From: Eubacteriales bacterium
Lineage (GTDB): Bacteria > Bacillota > Clostridia > Oscillospirales > CAG-272
Assembly: GCA_045587385.1 (NCBI GenBank)
Contig: JAZNCE010000048.1
Span: 9,797 to 73,796, forward strand
DNA: 64,000 bases
Reading direction: 5' to 3'
Positions 1 to 9,865 of the stretch are shown one piece after another. Below the pieces are notes generated by a model. That model was not told the DNA's origin. It saw nothing but the letters and a program-made list of their open reading frames with translations, and ran no database searches. How positions within the stretch are numbered: position 1 is the stretch's first letter; every line of letters begins with the position of its first letter. A program made the position numbers and the translations under genes.

Positions 1-173
1 GCAAAAGCACCGTTACGCACCGTGCTGGGGCCGTTTTTGTGCGTGGAGAGCACCCACGCCTCTGCCGTAATATCGTAGTCGCTTTCAATATGGAAGCGGG
101 TTTTCAGACTGTTGCCGCCCCACAGATAATCCTTGACGGCGGGCTTTAAGAGTAAGGGATAGGGATGGGACAT
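1..173 (-). CDS. manA: Class I mannose-6-phosphate isomerase, N-terminal fragment (gene continues beyond left edge)
   Basis: Reverse-strand ATG at 173-171 with GGAGG (RC of 180-184) upstream. Hand translation MSHPYPLLLKPAVKDYLWGGNSLKTRF... matches the conserved LKP...WGG N-terminus of type I PMI. Absent from the ORF track because it is truncated. Confidence 0.5.
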   Translation of the reverse strand, partial: MSHPYPLLLKPAVKDYLWGGNSLKTRFHIESDYDITAEAWVLSTHKNGPSTVRNGAF

Positions 174-275
174 ATTTATCCTCCGAAAAAATCTTTTTAT
201 TGACATACTGCCGTATTTATTATATAATAAAACGTAGGTAAAAGTCAAGTTTTTTTCAAAAAAGGAGGACAAGCC

Positions 276-863
276 ATGCAGCCAAAGGAGCTGATCGAGT
301 TTTTGGGCGTGGTGGAAAAATTAAAATGCAACACACGCCATTCCTGGACGTCCTCGGGGCGCAGGGAGTCGGTTGCCGAGCATTCCTGGCGGCTCTCGCT
401 TCTCGCCATGCTGTGCGCGGACGAGTATCCGGATCTGGATATGAATAAGGTCGTGCGCATGTGCATCATTCACGACCTTGGCGAGGCGATCACGGGGGAC
501 GTGCCTTCCTTTGAAAAGACCGAGACCAATGAAATGACCGAACGCGAGGCGTGGGACAAGCTGATTTCCATGTTACCTGCGCCGTATGCAGGTGAATTTG
601 CCGATTTGTATGCGGAAATGGAGGCAAAAAGGACGCCCGAAGCGCGGCTTTACAAGGCACTTGACAACATGGAGGCGGTCATTTCGCATAACGAGGCGTC
701 ACTTGACACCTGGATTCCCTTGGAATACGAGCTGAATTTGACCTACGGCGAGGAAAATGCCGCGTGGTCACCCTATACAAAGGCGTTGCGCGCGCATCTT
801 GCCGCGCAGACCAAAAATAAAATTCAAAATTCGGAGGTGGAGCATGCAACACAGAACGGTTAA
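276..863 (+). CDS. HD-domain phosphohydrolase (YfbR-like 5'-deoxynucleotidase family)
   Basis: AAGGAGG upstream of ATG 276. Motifs HSWR...IHDLGEAITGD (HD dyad). Confidence 0.75.
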   Translation: MQPKELIEFLGVVEKLKCNTRHSWTSSGRRESVAEHSWRLSLLAMLCADEYPDLDMNKVVRMCIIHDLGEAITGDVPSFEKTETNEMTEREAWDKLISMLPAPYAGEFADLYAEMEAKRTPEARLYKALDNMEAVISHNEASLDTWIPLEYELNLTYGEENAAWSPYTKALRAHLAAQTKNKIQNSEVEHATQNG

Positions 864-2670
864 TTTCTCACATACCCGCATCACGGGCGGATTTTGGAAG
901 CAGAAGCAGGCACTTGTGCGCCGCGTGACCACCAAAGCCGTATATGATCGCTTTTCCGATACGGGCAGAATTGACGCATTCCGCTTTGACTGGAAAGAGG
1001 GCAGCCCCAACAAGCCGCACTTTTTCTGGGATAGCGACGTGGCAAAATGGATAGAGGGTGCGGCTTACCAGCTCGCCGTCAAGCCCGATGAGAGGCTGGA
1101 GAAAAAGATTGACGCGCTGGTCGATCTGATCGCGCAACATCAAGGCGAGGACGGGTATTTTAACATCTTCTTTACCGTCGTGCAGCCCGAAAACCGCTTT
1201 ACCAACCGCGATTGGCACGAGCTTTACTGCGCGGGACACCTCATGGAGGCGGCTGTGGCGTATTTTGAGGCAACGGGCAAGGATAAATTCCTTTCCGCTA
1301 TGTGCCGTTATGCCGATTATATTGAAAAGAGATTCGTCACCGATGCAGATACCCCCTTTATGACCCCCGGTCATGAGGAGATCGAGCTGGCGCTCGTGCG
1401 CCTGTACGAATGCACGGGCGAGGTGCGCTACTTAAACCTTGCCAAGCACTTTGTGGATACGCGCGGTCATGACAAGATCAACATCCCCGATTGGATGAAT
1501 CCCTCCTATTCCCAAAGCCATGCCCCCGTGCGCGAGCAAAAAACCGCCGAGGGACACGCCGTGCGCGCTATGTACCTGTATTGCGGCATGGCAGACGTGG
1601 CGCATTATACGGGGGATCGCGAGCTGCAAGCAGCTTGCGAGGCACTCTTTGACAACGTGGCAAACCGCCGCATGTATATCACGGGCGGTATTGGCTCGAG
1701 CGGTGCGGGCGAGGCGTTTACCGTGGATTACGACCTGCCCAATCTCATTTCCTATACCGAGTCCTGCGCGGCGTTGGCGCTTGCGCTGTTTGCCAATCGC
1801 ATGCTGCGCTTTGGCGCGGATTCCAAGTATTCCGACGTGGTCGAGCGCGTGATATATAACGGATTTTTGTCCTCTCTCTCCTTGGATGGCAAGAGCTTCT
1901 TCTACCAGAACCCCTTGGAGATCATGCCGCGCATGCACAAGCGTGACGTCAGCGTGGCGCACAGAAGCGTCAATCTGCCGCCCATGCAGCGCAGCGAGGT
2001 TTTTGCGTGCTCCTGCTGCCCGCCTAATATCGTGCGTTTTATTCCCTCCATTGCCAATATGCTGTATTCGGATGACGGCGAGGTCATTTACGTGCACCAG
2101 TTCATGCAAAGCCTGACCACCATCGAGCGCGAGGGTAAGATGCTGGTCATAGAGCAGGCGACCAAGTATCCCGAGAACGGCAAGGTCAAAATCAGGCTGA
2201 CGGGCGGGGACGCAAGGATCGCTGTGCGCATTCCCGGCTGGTTTGACGGTTATAAGGGAGAAACGGAAAAGGGATATGCGTATTTTGAAGTCAAGGACGG
2301 CGAGGAGTTGTGCTTTGACTTTACCATGAAGCCTGTATTCATCGAGGCAAGACCCGAGGTGGTATTCGCTTCGGGACGCTATGGCGTTATGCGCGGTCCC
2401 GTGCTGTACTGCATGGAGGGCAAGGATAATGGGGAGTTGTTGCGCGATATCACCTTAGACAGCCGCGCAAGATTTACCTACGGCAAGCACCCGACGCTGG
2501 GCGTGCCGCAGCTGCGTGTGCGTGCGTATCGCACCGTGCGCGACGAAAATGCGCCGCTGTACAGAAGAAAAACACAAAACAAGGAGAAAACGGAGGCTGT
2601 GCTCATTCCGTATTACGCCTTTGCCAACCGTGGCGAGAGCGAAATGCAGGTGTGGCACTATGTCAAGTAA
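844..2670 (+). CDS. Glycoside hydrolase family 127-like (beta-L-arabinofuranosidase, DUF1680)
   Basis: Internal ATG 844 follows GGAGGTGGAG; the track start at 757 would overlap the upstream gene. Motifs GHEEIELALVRLY and the Cys cluster ACSCCPPN, typical of the GH127 Cys/Zn site. Confidence 0.75.
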   Translation: MQHRTVNFSHTRITGGFWKQKQALVRRVTTKAVYDRFSDTGRIDAFRFDWKEGSPNKPHFFWDSDVAKWIEGAAYQLAVKPDERLEKKIDALVDLIAQHQGEDGYFNIFFTVVQPENRFTNRDWHELYCAGHLMEAAVAYFEATGKDKFLSAMCRYADYIEKRFVTDADTPFMTPGHEEIELALVRLYECTGEVRYLNLAKHFVDTRGHDKINIPDWMNPSYSQSHAPVREQKTAEGHAVRAMYLYCGMADVAHYTGDRELQAACEALFDNVANRRMYITGGIGSSGAGEAFTVDYDLPNLISYTESCAALALALFANRMLRFGADSKYSDVVERVIYNGFLSSLSLDGKSFFYQNPLEIMPRMHKRDVSVAHRSVNLPPMQRSEVFACSCCPPNIVRFIPSIANMLYSDDGEVIYVHQFMQSLTTIEREGKMLVIEQATKYPENGKVKIRLTGGDARIAVRIPGWFDGYKGETEKGYAYFEVKDGEELCFDFTMKPVFIEARPEVVFASGRYGVMRGPVLYCMEGKDNGELLRDITLDSRARFTYGKHPTLGVPQLRVRAYRTVRDENAPLYRRKTQNKEKTEAVLIPYYAFANRGESEMQVWHYVK

Positions 2671-2676
2671 GCATAC

Positions 2677-3516
2677 ATGAAAGAATTCAGTTACCAAAAT
2701 TACGACCAAGAGAGAGCTTTTTACGGCGAAAAAGAGATTTTTGTGCATGATTGCACCTTTGCAGGCCCTGCGGACGGCGAGAGTGCGTTCAAGGAATGTG
2801 ACGACGTGCGCGTGCAGCGCTGCGAGTTTGATCTGCGCTATCCTTTCTGGCACGTGCGCACCCTGCAGATCAGCGAATGCGAACTCAAGGAAACCTGCCG
2901 CGCGGCTCTGTGGTATGCGTGCGATATTGATATCAGAAATACCAAGCTGCACGGCATCAAGGCGTTGCGCGAGTGCCGTGACGTACATATTACGGACTGC
3001 ACCGTGCGCTCTGCCGAGTTTGGCTGGATGAGCACGGGGGTGGAGATGCAGGACGTGAGTGCCGAGGGCGAATATTTTATGTTCCGCGGTGAAAATTTGC
3101 GCTTTGAGAATATGACCTTTAAGGGTAAGTATTCCTTCCAGTACGTCAAGAATGCCGTATTTGAGCATTGCGACCTGGACACCAAGGATGCGTTCTGGCA
3201 CGCCGAGAACGTATTGGTGAAGAATTGCCGCGTCAAGGGCGAGTACCTTGCGTGGTACGCCAAGCATATCACCTTTGAAAACTGCACCATCATCGGCACG
3301 CAGCCGCTTTGCTATTGCGAGAATCTGAAGCTGATCAATTGCGAGATGCAGGAATGCGATCTTGCCTTTGAGCGCAGCGAGGTGATGGCAGAGGTCACCA
3401 CGCCCGTCATCAGCATCAAAAATCCGCTTTCGGGCAAGATTGAAGTGCCCGCTGTGGGAGAGATCATTCGCGATATTCCCGAGGCGCAGGGGAAGGTCGT
3501 AGTCAAAAACGCGTGA
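2677..3516 (+). CDS. DUF3737-like beta-helix repeat protein (function unknown)
   Basis: Repetitive C/N-rich beta-helix-like segments (VHDCTF, VQRCEF, ISECEL, ITDCTV, FENCTI, LINCEM). Immediately follows GH127. Confidence 0.45.
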   Translation: MKEFSYQNYDQERAFYGEKEIFVHDCTFAGPADGESAFKECDDVRVQRCEFDLRYPFWHVRTLQISECELKETCRAALWYACDIDIRNTKLHGIKALRECRDVHITDCTVRSAEFGWMSTGVEMQDVSAEGEYFMFRGENLRFENMTFKGKYSFQYVKNAVFEHCDLDTKDAFWHAENVLVKNCRVKGEYLAWYAKHITFENCTIIGTQPLCYCENLKLINCEMQECDLAFERSEVMAEVTTPVISIKNPLSGKIEVPAVGEIIRDIPEAQGKVVVKNA

Positions 3517-3528
3517 TATTTAATAAAT

Positions 3529-3552
3529 GTAGGGGAGGATATCCTCCCCTAC
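3529..3552. terminator. Perfect 24-nt palindrome GTAGGGGAGGATATCCTCCCCTAC (bidirectional terminator; member of REP-like family 1)
   Basis: Seen directly. Flanked by AAAT / AAATATTTT and lies between convergent genes. Confidence 0.6.
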
Positions 3553-3562
3553 AAATATTTTG

Positions 3563-3778
3563 TCAGCAGCAACCGCTTTCTTCGCACGCATCCTCTGCGT
3601 TCGCGCCAGAGAGCAGCTGCAGTGCCGTGCCGAAATTGTAAACCCCGCGGCTGACCGAGCGCATATTGGCGCGCAGCTTGTTTGCCTGCTTGCGCACCGT
3701 TAAGATTGCCGCCACCGCTGCCACTGCGATCAAGGCAATACCGCCTACCGCCAGCATCATAAATCTTCTGTCAAACAT
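3563..3778 (-). CDS. Small single-pass membrane protein with C-terminal CEESGCC
   Basis: 71-aa ORF with a GGGGGAA RBS-like run upstream and one hydrophobic helix (MMLAVGGIALIAVAAVAAIL). Confidence 0.4.
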   Translation of the reverse strand: MFDRRFMMLAVGGIALIAVAAVAAILTVRKQANKLRANMRSVSRGVYNFGTALQLLSGANAEDACEESGCC

Positions 3779-3898
3779 AACCGTTCCCCCTTTTTTTCGT
3801 TATTGCTATTTTCCCCTGCTTTGGGGATTTTTATGCATAAGATCGGAATAAAAAGGGAGTTTGAGAGTTTTGAGAGACCGCAACAAGATGGGCGCGCG

Positions 3899-3938
3899 AA
3901 AAAAGCCGTCCCCTTCCCCAAAGGGGACGGCTTTTTTG
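3899..3938 (-). terminator. Rho-independent terminator downstream of the 4024..6960 gene
   Basis: AAAAAAGCCGTCCCCTT...AAGGGGACGGCTTTTTT stem-loop with flanking A/T runs. Confidence 0.6.
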
Positions 3939-4023
3939 GTTGCCCGCAACGGACGATCGAGCAAGACGAACACAAAAAAGAGCTGAATCAACCTAAGTTG
4001 ACTCAGCCCTTTTTGATATAAAG

Positions 4024-6960
4024 TTATATTCTCTTCTTTTTGCCAAGCGTGATGACGCCTGCGCCTGCGGCAGATGCTGCGAGAGCCGAGAGAACGCCAA
4101 GGGTGGACTTGCATCCGCTCTTTTGCTCCTCTTGCTCGCTCACCTGTTCGCTGCCTGTGGGCTGGGTTTCGGTGGGAGCTTGCGTTTCTGCCTCGGTGGA
4201 CTCGGGGATAAAGGGGGGGTTGTCCACCTCGTTTTTGTCCTCGCGCACGATCAGTACCGCGCAGTATGCGGGCAGGTCGATCTGTACCTTGTTGCCGCTG
4301 CCGCTTGTAACGTTGCCCGTGTAGGGGTAGTAAACGGTGTATGCACCGTCATATCCGTCGGTAAATTCCAGCGATGCGGTCGCGTCCTTGTCGCTCGCGT
4401 TTGCCACGTAGGCAATATCGTGCCCTGCGTCGATAAACTCGCCGTACAGCACGCTCTCGTTTGCCACACCGTCAAGCGCGGTCAGCTTCATGGTGCTGCT
4501 CACCATCTTGGCAATGCGTGTGCCCGCAACGGTCAGCGTAAGCTGCTCGCACTCTGCAAGCTGCGCCATGGCTGCGCTGACGCGCTCGTTGCCGCCTGTC
4601 TCAACTGCCTTGTAATCGTCATATCCCGTGCCTACGAATACGACCGTGCCGCCTGCTGCCTTAAACTGCGCAAGCTTTTGTGCGGCGTCTGCCGAGATGT
4701 ATTTGCCGTATGCCAGCACAAGCGTGCGGTAAGAGCCGTTGCCAATGACCAATCTGCCGTCTGCGGTAATGGTGGCAGCGCAAATGCTTTGGTCGTCAAT
4801 GACCGAGTAAAGCACCTGTCTTTGCAAGAGGTCAAGGCAGAGCTGGGTGTAATTGTTATTGAGCTTGACCGCATCCGTGCCGTTGCCGAATGCAGAGGAA
4901 TGCACGTCGTCTGCGTTGTGCAATGCCTGCACGGTGGCAATGGGGTAGAAGATTGCAAGATCGCCCGCCTCGGTCGTGCCGTCCAGCAGCGCATTGAGTC
5001 TGCCAACGTAGGTGTTGAGCGCGTTGATCTGCTCAAGAGAGTAGTCTCTTTGGGGGTTGATGACGTTATAAACGGTGGTACCGAACAGGCGGGTCAGCGT
5101 GACGCCGCCGATTGATGCGCCCATCTTATCGTTGTTGAAATCGTCGGTGGGAACTGCCGAGGGGTTGTATTCCACCATCACGTCGGTCTTGCCTGCGTTT
5201 CGTGCCGCGCTTGCCACAAAGCGGATGCCCAAATGGTTGCCGATATAGCATTGCGAGAGCAGCTGATTGGGGTGCACCCACAAAATATCCACACCGGGCG
5301 TGGTCATACCGCCAACAATCTGCATAAAGTCGCCGCCGTAGGTTTCCACGTGGTCGTTCATGTTCTCCTCAAAGAGCAAGTGTCCCGAGGAAATCGTGCC
5401 GTTCTGCTCACACCAGGCAGAGATCTGGTCAATATAAGAGGTCTTGAACAGCGCGGCTACCAAGGAGTAGTAGTGAATGCGCATGCGCTGCGCGTCCTCG
5501 GTTCTGCCCTCGAAAAGCAAAGGCAGCTCGAGCTCGTAGCCGTACTTTTCCTTGAACTTTTGGTCAAGTCCTTCGGTCCAGACAATGTAGTTTTCCTGAT
5601 CACGGTTGCCTTGGCCGGGCTCGTCGGTAAAGAATGCCTCCACCATGGAGAAGTCCGCGCCAAAGGAGTCCTTATAGTGCTGATGCGTCAGCTCGATAAA
5701 GCGTGCGACAGAGTCGGGGCGCAAGGTGTCTACGTGATAGAGCGTGCTGAAATCGGTTCTGTCCTCTACGTGCGTGTCGGTGTAGCGCAGCACGTACAGG
5801 TCAAGAATGCACTCACCCTTGATCTCGCTTGTCAGGTCGAATTTCAAAGCTGCACCGTCGGTATCCAAGGTCCAAGTCTTGCCGGCTGCCTTGATCGTAG
5901 CCAGCTTGAGAGCAATATCATGCTCGCGCAGAGAGTACGAGCCCTTTGCCATATCCAGCACAAGCTGAATATGCTCAATGCCCGTGGCGCGCCAATCGGC
6001 GTTGGTATCCAGCACCTGACCGAACGCCGAGCCGCTGGGCCATTGATATTCATCGTAGATCCAAAGCGTCATGCCCTTGTCATTGGCGTACTTGTAGGTG
6101 TCGAGCAGCAGCTTGAATTCCGCCTCGTCCTTTAGGTATTGCGGGTTGAAATTAACGTTGGAAACGATACCGCCGTACCCCTGCGCCAGCAGCTGATCCA
6201 CTTGCGCTGCATAGGTGCTGTTAAAGCCGTAGGAGAGCCAATTCATGCGGTATGGATTGGCGGGAGAGCCAAAGGCTTCACCCCTCCAGAATGCGGAATA
6301 ATCGATATCGGGCTTCACGGGCTCGTTTGATTCCTCGCTTTCAAAATGAATAAAGGTTTTTGCGTCCTCGTAGCTGCCGTAAAGACCGTAAGCCTTGAGA
6401 TAAAAGGCGGTATCCGCGTCGCAGCTGTTGTTGAACATATCCAGGCGCAGGTTGGAAAGCGCACCCTCGATGGTCATGCCGGGGGGATACGCACCCGCAG
6501 CGGATACGTTGGTGACGTCTATGATGATCAGCTGCCAATCCGCGGTATTCTGATACGAGTAGCGGAAGAAGGGGTACTGATTTTGCGTGGTGGCAGAGCG
6601 CAAGCGCAGCTCACCCTGCAGGTCGGTATAGTCGGTCTTGACCAGCATGGCAAGGTAGTGGTATTCGTTCAGGTTGACCGTCTCGGTCGGCAGGGCAAGG
6701 TTGATATAAGGGTCGTCGCAAACGCCCTGCGCATTTGCCGAAAACAAAATCTGCATTGCTTCTTGCTCGGCGTCGTGCACGCCTGTGACCGCGTGTGCAT
6801 CAAAGGACCCCGCAACGTTGGCTTTGTCATTGAAATCCACCAAATACGCGGGGGCAACGTAGCGGTCATCGGCTGAAATGCAGGGGACGGCTACCGCTGC
6901 AGCGGTGCATGCAAGCACGGTTGCCACGATCATCAGTAAAGAAATATGTTTTCTGCTCAT
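4024..6960 (-). CDS. Large secreted protein with C-terminal membrane anchor; putative glycosidase-like
   Basis: Start reassigned to MSRKHISLLMIVATVLACTAAAVA (signal peptide); its ATG overlaps the upstream stop as ATGA at 6957-6960. Motifs WIYDEYQWPSG and FFTDEPG resemble large bacterial glycosidases, but the family is not verifiable here. C-terminus is a Thr/Glu/Gln-rich linker, a hydrophobic helix, then KKKRI. Confidence 0.55.
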   Translation of the reverse strand: MSRKHISLLMIVATVLACTAAAVAVPCISADDRYVAPAYLVDFNDKANVAGSFDAHAVTGVHDAEQEAMQILFSANAQGVCDDPYINLALPTETVNLNEYHYLAMLVKTDYTDLQGELRLRSATTQNQYPFFRYSYQNTADWQLIIIDVTNVSAAGAYPPGMTIEGALSNLRLDMFNNSCDADTAFYLKAYGLYGSYEDAKTFIHFESEESNEPVKPDIDYSAFWRGEAFGSPANPYRMNWLSYGFNSTYAAQVDQLLAQGYGGIVSNVNFNPQYLKDEAEFKLLLDTYKYANDKGMTLWIYDEYQWPSGSAFGQVLDTNADWRATGIEHIQLVLDMAKGSYSLREHDIALKLATIKAAGKTWTLDTDGAALKFDLTSEIKGECILDLYVLRYTDTHVEDRTDFSTLYHVDTLRPDSVARFIELTHQHYKDSFGADFSMVEAFFTDEPGQGNRDQENYIVWTEGLDQKFKEKYGYELELPLLFEGRTEDAQRMRIHYYSLVAALFKTSYIDQISAWCEQNGTISSGHLLFEENMNDHVETYGGDFMQIVGGMTTPGVDILWVHPNQLLSQCYIGNHLGIRFVASAARNAGKTDVMVEYNPSAVPTDDFNNDKMGASIGGVTLTRLFGTTVYNVINPQRDYSLEQINALNTYVGRLNALLDGTTEAGDLAIFYPIATVQALHNADDVHSSAFGNGTDAVKLNNNYTQLCLDLLQRQVLYSVIDDQSICAATITADGRLVIGNGSYRTLVLAYGKYISADAAQKLAQFKAAGGTVVFVGTGYDDYKAVETGGNERVSAAMAQLAECEQLTLTVAGTRIAKMVSSTMKLTALDGVANESVLYGEFIDAGHDIAYVANASDKDATASLEFTDGYDGAYTVYYPYTGNVTSGSGNKVQIDLPAYCAVLIVREDKNEVDNPPFIPESTEAETQAPTETQPTGSEQVSEQEEQKSGCKSTLGVLSALAASAAGAGVITLGKKKRI

Positions 6961-8177
6961 TGATTCGGCCCTTTCGTGTATGCATCGAAATCTGCCCACC
7001 AAGGGGTCGCATCGCCCAGCAAGAACGCGCGAATGCGCTCGGCGTCCTCTCTTGCTGCCTGCATGGCGGCAGGATCGGGATTCTTTTTGCGAATGCCGCG
7101 CAAAAGAATATTCTTGGGCGTTTCTTCGGGGTCGATCAGCTCCAGCGCCGCCGTCTTGTAGCCGTGCGCCTCCAAAATTTTCAGGCGCAAAGCGTCGGTT
7201 GCCGCGTCGCAGAGCTTTTGGCGCAGCATGGAGTGCTCGGTAATGAATGCCAGCTCGGGTGCACACAGCATGGGTGCCATGGCGTGGTGACAACAGGGGG
7301 TGGAGAGAATGACGTCTGCCTTGAACGCCAGCGCACGGGAGAGCACAAGGTCGGTGGCAATATCGCAAGCGTGCAGGGAAATGACCAAATGTACCTTGTC
7401 GTCGGTGTGGTATTTGCCCACGTCACCGCATAAAAATTCCAAGCCGTCAAAGCCAAGCGACCTCGCGGTCGCGTTGCAGAATTCGATCACGTCCTCTTTC
7501 AGATCCACGCCCGTCATGCGCACGTCTCTGCCCTTGATGACGGCAAAATAGTGATACACGGCAAAGGAAAGGTAGCTCTTGCCGCAGCAAAGGTCGCAAA
7601 TACGCAGCGTGCCCTCTGTGGGCAACTTATCCTCAATATCGCGCACAAGCTCCAAAAAGCGGTTGATCTGTCTGAATTTTGCGCGTTTTTTATCGTGCAC
7701 GCGTCCGTTCTTGTCGCTGACCTCCAATTTGATCAGAAAAGGCTCGTTGCCGTTCAAAATATATTGCTTTTCGCGGTTGTTAAAAAGCGTCTGCACGGTG
7801 GGGGCTGCGGGAGTCGCGCCCGCCAGCTTTTTTTGTAAAGCGTCACCGCCAAGCAAGGTCACCTTGCCCGATTTTGCGGTGCGGTATTCTGCATCACCTA
7901 ACGTGGTCAGAATATTGATCTGCCCTGCGGTGGCAAGCAAGGAGAGCAGCGCGTCATCGTCGCCAATGGCAATGTTTTGGTGCTTTGCCTTGTTATCGGT
8001 GTGCATGCTTTCACCTTGCAGGCAATTCTTGCCGCCGATTCGGCGCACGGTCAGCGTGGTTTTCACGGTATCGGGGGAGGTGTGCTTGGAAAGCACGGCT
8101 TTTTTGAGCAGACCTGCGCGAGCCGCATCCGTAATCAGCTTAGCGCAAGTCAGGAGCTGCGTACTGTATGCACTCAT
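6957..8177 (-). CDS. Class I SAM-dependent methyltransferase
   Basis: Motif I-like ICDLCCGKSYLS, plus LVISLHACDIATD. ATGA overlaps with both neighbouring genes. Confidence 0.65.
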   Translation of the reverse strand: MSAYSTQLLTCAKLITDAARAGLLKKAVLSKHTSPDTVKTTLTVRRIGGKNCLQGESMHTDNKAKHQNIAIGDDDALLSLLATAGQINILTTLGDAEYRTAKSGKVTLLGGDALQKKLAGATPAAPTVQTLFNNREKQYILNGNEPFLIKLEVSDKNGRVHDKKRAKFRQINRFLELVRDIEDKLPTEGTLRICDLCCGKSYLSFAVYHYFAVIKGRDVRMTGVDLKEDVIEFCNATARSLGFDGLEFLCGDVGKYHTDDKVHLVISLHACDIATDLVLSRALAFKADVILSTPCCHHAMAPMLCAPELAFITEHSMLRQKLCDAATDALRLKILEAHGYKTAALELIDPEETPKNILLRGIRKKNPDPAAMQAAREDAERIRAFLLGDATPWWADFDAYTKGPNQ

Positions 8178-8944
8178 GCGTCCTCCTCCTCCTCTTGGTC
8201 TTGATCCTGTTTCTTTTTGAATTCAATGCGCTCTTCCTCGCGGTTGAACATGTCCTGTACGTTTTTCCAATGGGTAAACAGCATCGCTGCCACCACGCCC
8301 ACCGAAAGCAGCACCATGGTGGGGTTGGCGTTCATCAAAAATGCGGATGCGATCAAAGGGTAGAGCAGCACGGGGAACAGTCTTGCCGCCGTGCGGAAGC
8401 GCATACCCAGGAATACGATCACGAAGATGAGCAGCAGAATGCCGAAGGTCAAAGGGGAGAGGATAAGGGTGCAAAGCGCAGCGGTCTCAAAGCCGCGCGA
8501 GCCGCGCATCTTGTGCCAGATGGGCATGATCTCACCCACCACGCAGAAAAATCCTGCAATGGCAGCGCCGTCCGCACCTCTGCAGAAAAAGCCGAACGCT
8601 AAGCAAAGCAATACCTTGAGTGCTTCAAGCGCAAAGCAAGCGATCGCATGCCCCTTGCCTACGTAACGCCATACGTCCAAAATTTCGCCCTTGCCCGAGC
8701 CCAGCGCGTAAATGTCCGTGCCCTTGATTTTTTTGCAGTAAAAGCGCGGTACGGATACTGCGCCAAGCAAATAGGGCAGGACGGCAAAGCCCAAAAGCAG
8801 GCAGAACAGGTAGAGTGCCTGCGCAGCGGTGTTGACGGGTGCAAAGGTCTCGTATTCTTCAATTTTATGAATTTCGGCAAGCCCCAGCGCAATAAAAAGC
8901 TGCGGCAGCCCGGGGATAAAATAGCTCAAATAATCCAAAAACAT
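8174..8944 (-). CDS. Divergent PlsY-family (glycerol-3-phosphate acyltransferase-like) membrane protein with acidic tail
   Basis: PlsY-like blocks are degenerate (GSGKGEILDVWR, GEIMPIWHKMRGSRGFETAA). Polytopic. C-terminal KKKQDQDQEEEEDA. Confidence 0.45.
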   Translation of the reverse strand: MFLDYLSYFIPGLPQLFIALGLAEIHKIEEYETFAPVNTAAQALYLFCLLLGFAVLPYLLGAVSVPRFYCKKIKGTDIYALGSGKGEILDVWRYVGKGHAIACFALEALKVLLCLAFGFFCRGADGAAIAGFFCVVGEIMPIWHKMRGSRGFETAALCTLILSPLTFGILLLIFVIVFLGMRFRTAARLFPVLLYPLIASAFLMNANPTMVLLSVGVVAAMLFTHWKNVQDMFNREEERIEFKKKQDQDQEEEEDA

Positions 8945-9040
8945 AAAAAGCTCTCCTTGCGGGTCGTGTTGATGATATACTCAATGATATTATAGCATAA
9001 AATGATTTTACTTGCAATAGCTGCGATGTAAAGTTTTTTC

Positions 9041-9069
9041 TTGACATACGACTATAGGCGTGCTATAAT
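9041..9069 (+). promoter_or_regulatory. Consensus sigma-A type promoter (TTGACA-17-TGcTATAAT)
   Basis: TTGACA at 9041-9046, a 17-nt spacer, and TATAAT at 9064-9069 with an extended TG. Sits upstream of the paralog array. Confidence 0.65.
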
Positions 9070-9109
9070 GGACAATGGAAGAATATTACGAAGAAAGGTG
9101 GTATTTTAC

Positions 9110-9835
9110 ATGGATGGATTTACCTTTACCGGCATTGAACCCATCATCGACTGGTTGGAGCAAACAGGGCTGTTGGAAGCATTTTCACAGCTTATTGCAG
9201 AGGTTTCGGCAGAAGCATTGATCTCGCTGGTCGTGCTTGCCGTATCGGCAATAGCCTCTCTCGCCGTGGGTGGCATTATTTTGGCAGCCGTGATCATTGG
9301 CTTGATCGTGGCAGCAGTGGTTGCGCTCACTCTGTACGTGCTGCGCGCCATTGGTCTATGCAAAATTGCAAAAAAGTTGGGCGTCAAAAATCGTTTTCTT
9401 GCATGGATCCCCTATGGGCATGCATTCGTATTGGGTGCGTGCGCTGAGAAGGGCGCGCAAAGAAACGGCAAAAAGCCCTGGAAATGGAGCTGGATCTTGC
9501 TTGGTGTCACGCTTGGGCTTGGCATTGGCATGCCGATCGTGAAGTTTGCTTTTTCGATCCTGCTTTCCCTCTTCCCCTTGCTCTCGGTGCTTGTGACCAT
9601 GCTCTTGGAGTGCGCGTCTCTCGTTCTTCTTGCCATCACCGCGCATTGTCTGTGGAGCACGGGTAAGGAGTTTATGAACAACACGCTCGCCATCGTGCTT
9701 GCCATTATTGCGCCCTTGTGCGACGTTGTACCCATCTATCTCTTTATCGTGGGCTTTTTGAAGCTGCGCACGGCGCAAGAGTCTGATGCTGTTGCCGTCG
9801 TCATTCCCGCAGAGCAAGAAGTGCCTGCTGAGTAA
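9110..9835 (+). CDS. Polytopic membrane protein, paralog 1 of 4
   Basis: Start at MDGFTF after GAAAGGTGG. Shared family motif KIAKKLGV..FLAWIPYGHAFVLGACAEK....KKPWKWSWILLG. Confidence 0.7.
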   Translation: MDGFTFTGIEPIIDWLEQTGLLEAFSQLIAEVSAEALISLVVLAVSAIASLAVGGIILAAVIIGLIVAAVVALTLYVLRAIGLCKIAKKLGVKNRFLAWIPYGHAFVLGACAEKGAQRNGKKPWKWSWILLGVTLGLGIGMPIVKFAFSILLSLFPLLSVLVTMLLECASLVLLAITAHCLWSTGKEFMNNTLAIVLAIIAPLCDVVPIYLFIVGFLKLRTAQESDAVAVVIPAEQEVPAE

Positions 9836-9865
9836 ATTATTTTGATCACATAACGGAGGTTTTTT

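Noticed and set aside
6961-7368. N-terminal 136-aa extension of the 4024..7368 ORF
   Set aside because: The extension overlaps the methyltransferase gene in another frame and is Arg/Gly/His-rich. The internal MSRKHISLL start gives a proper signal peptide and an ATGA overlap with the upstream stop.
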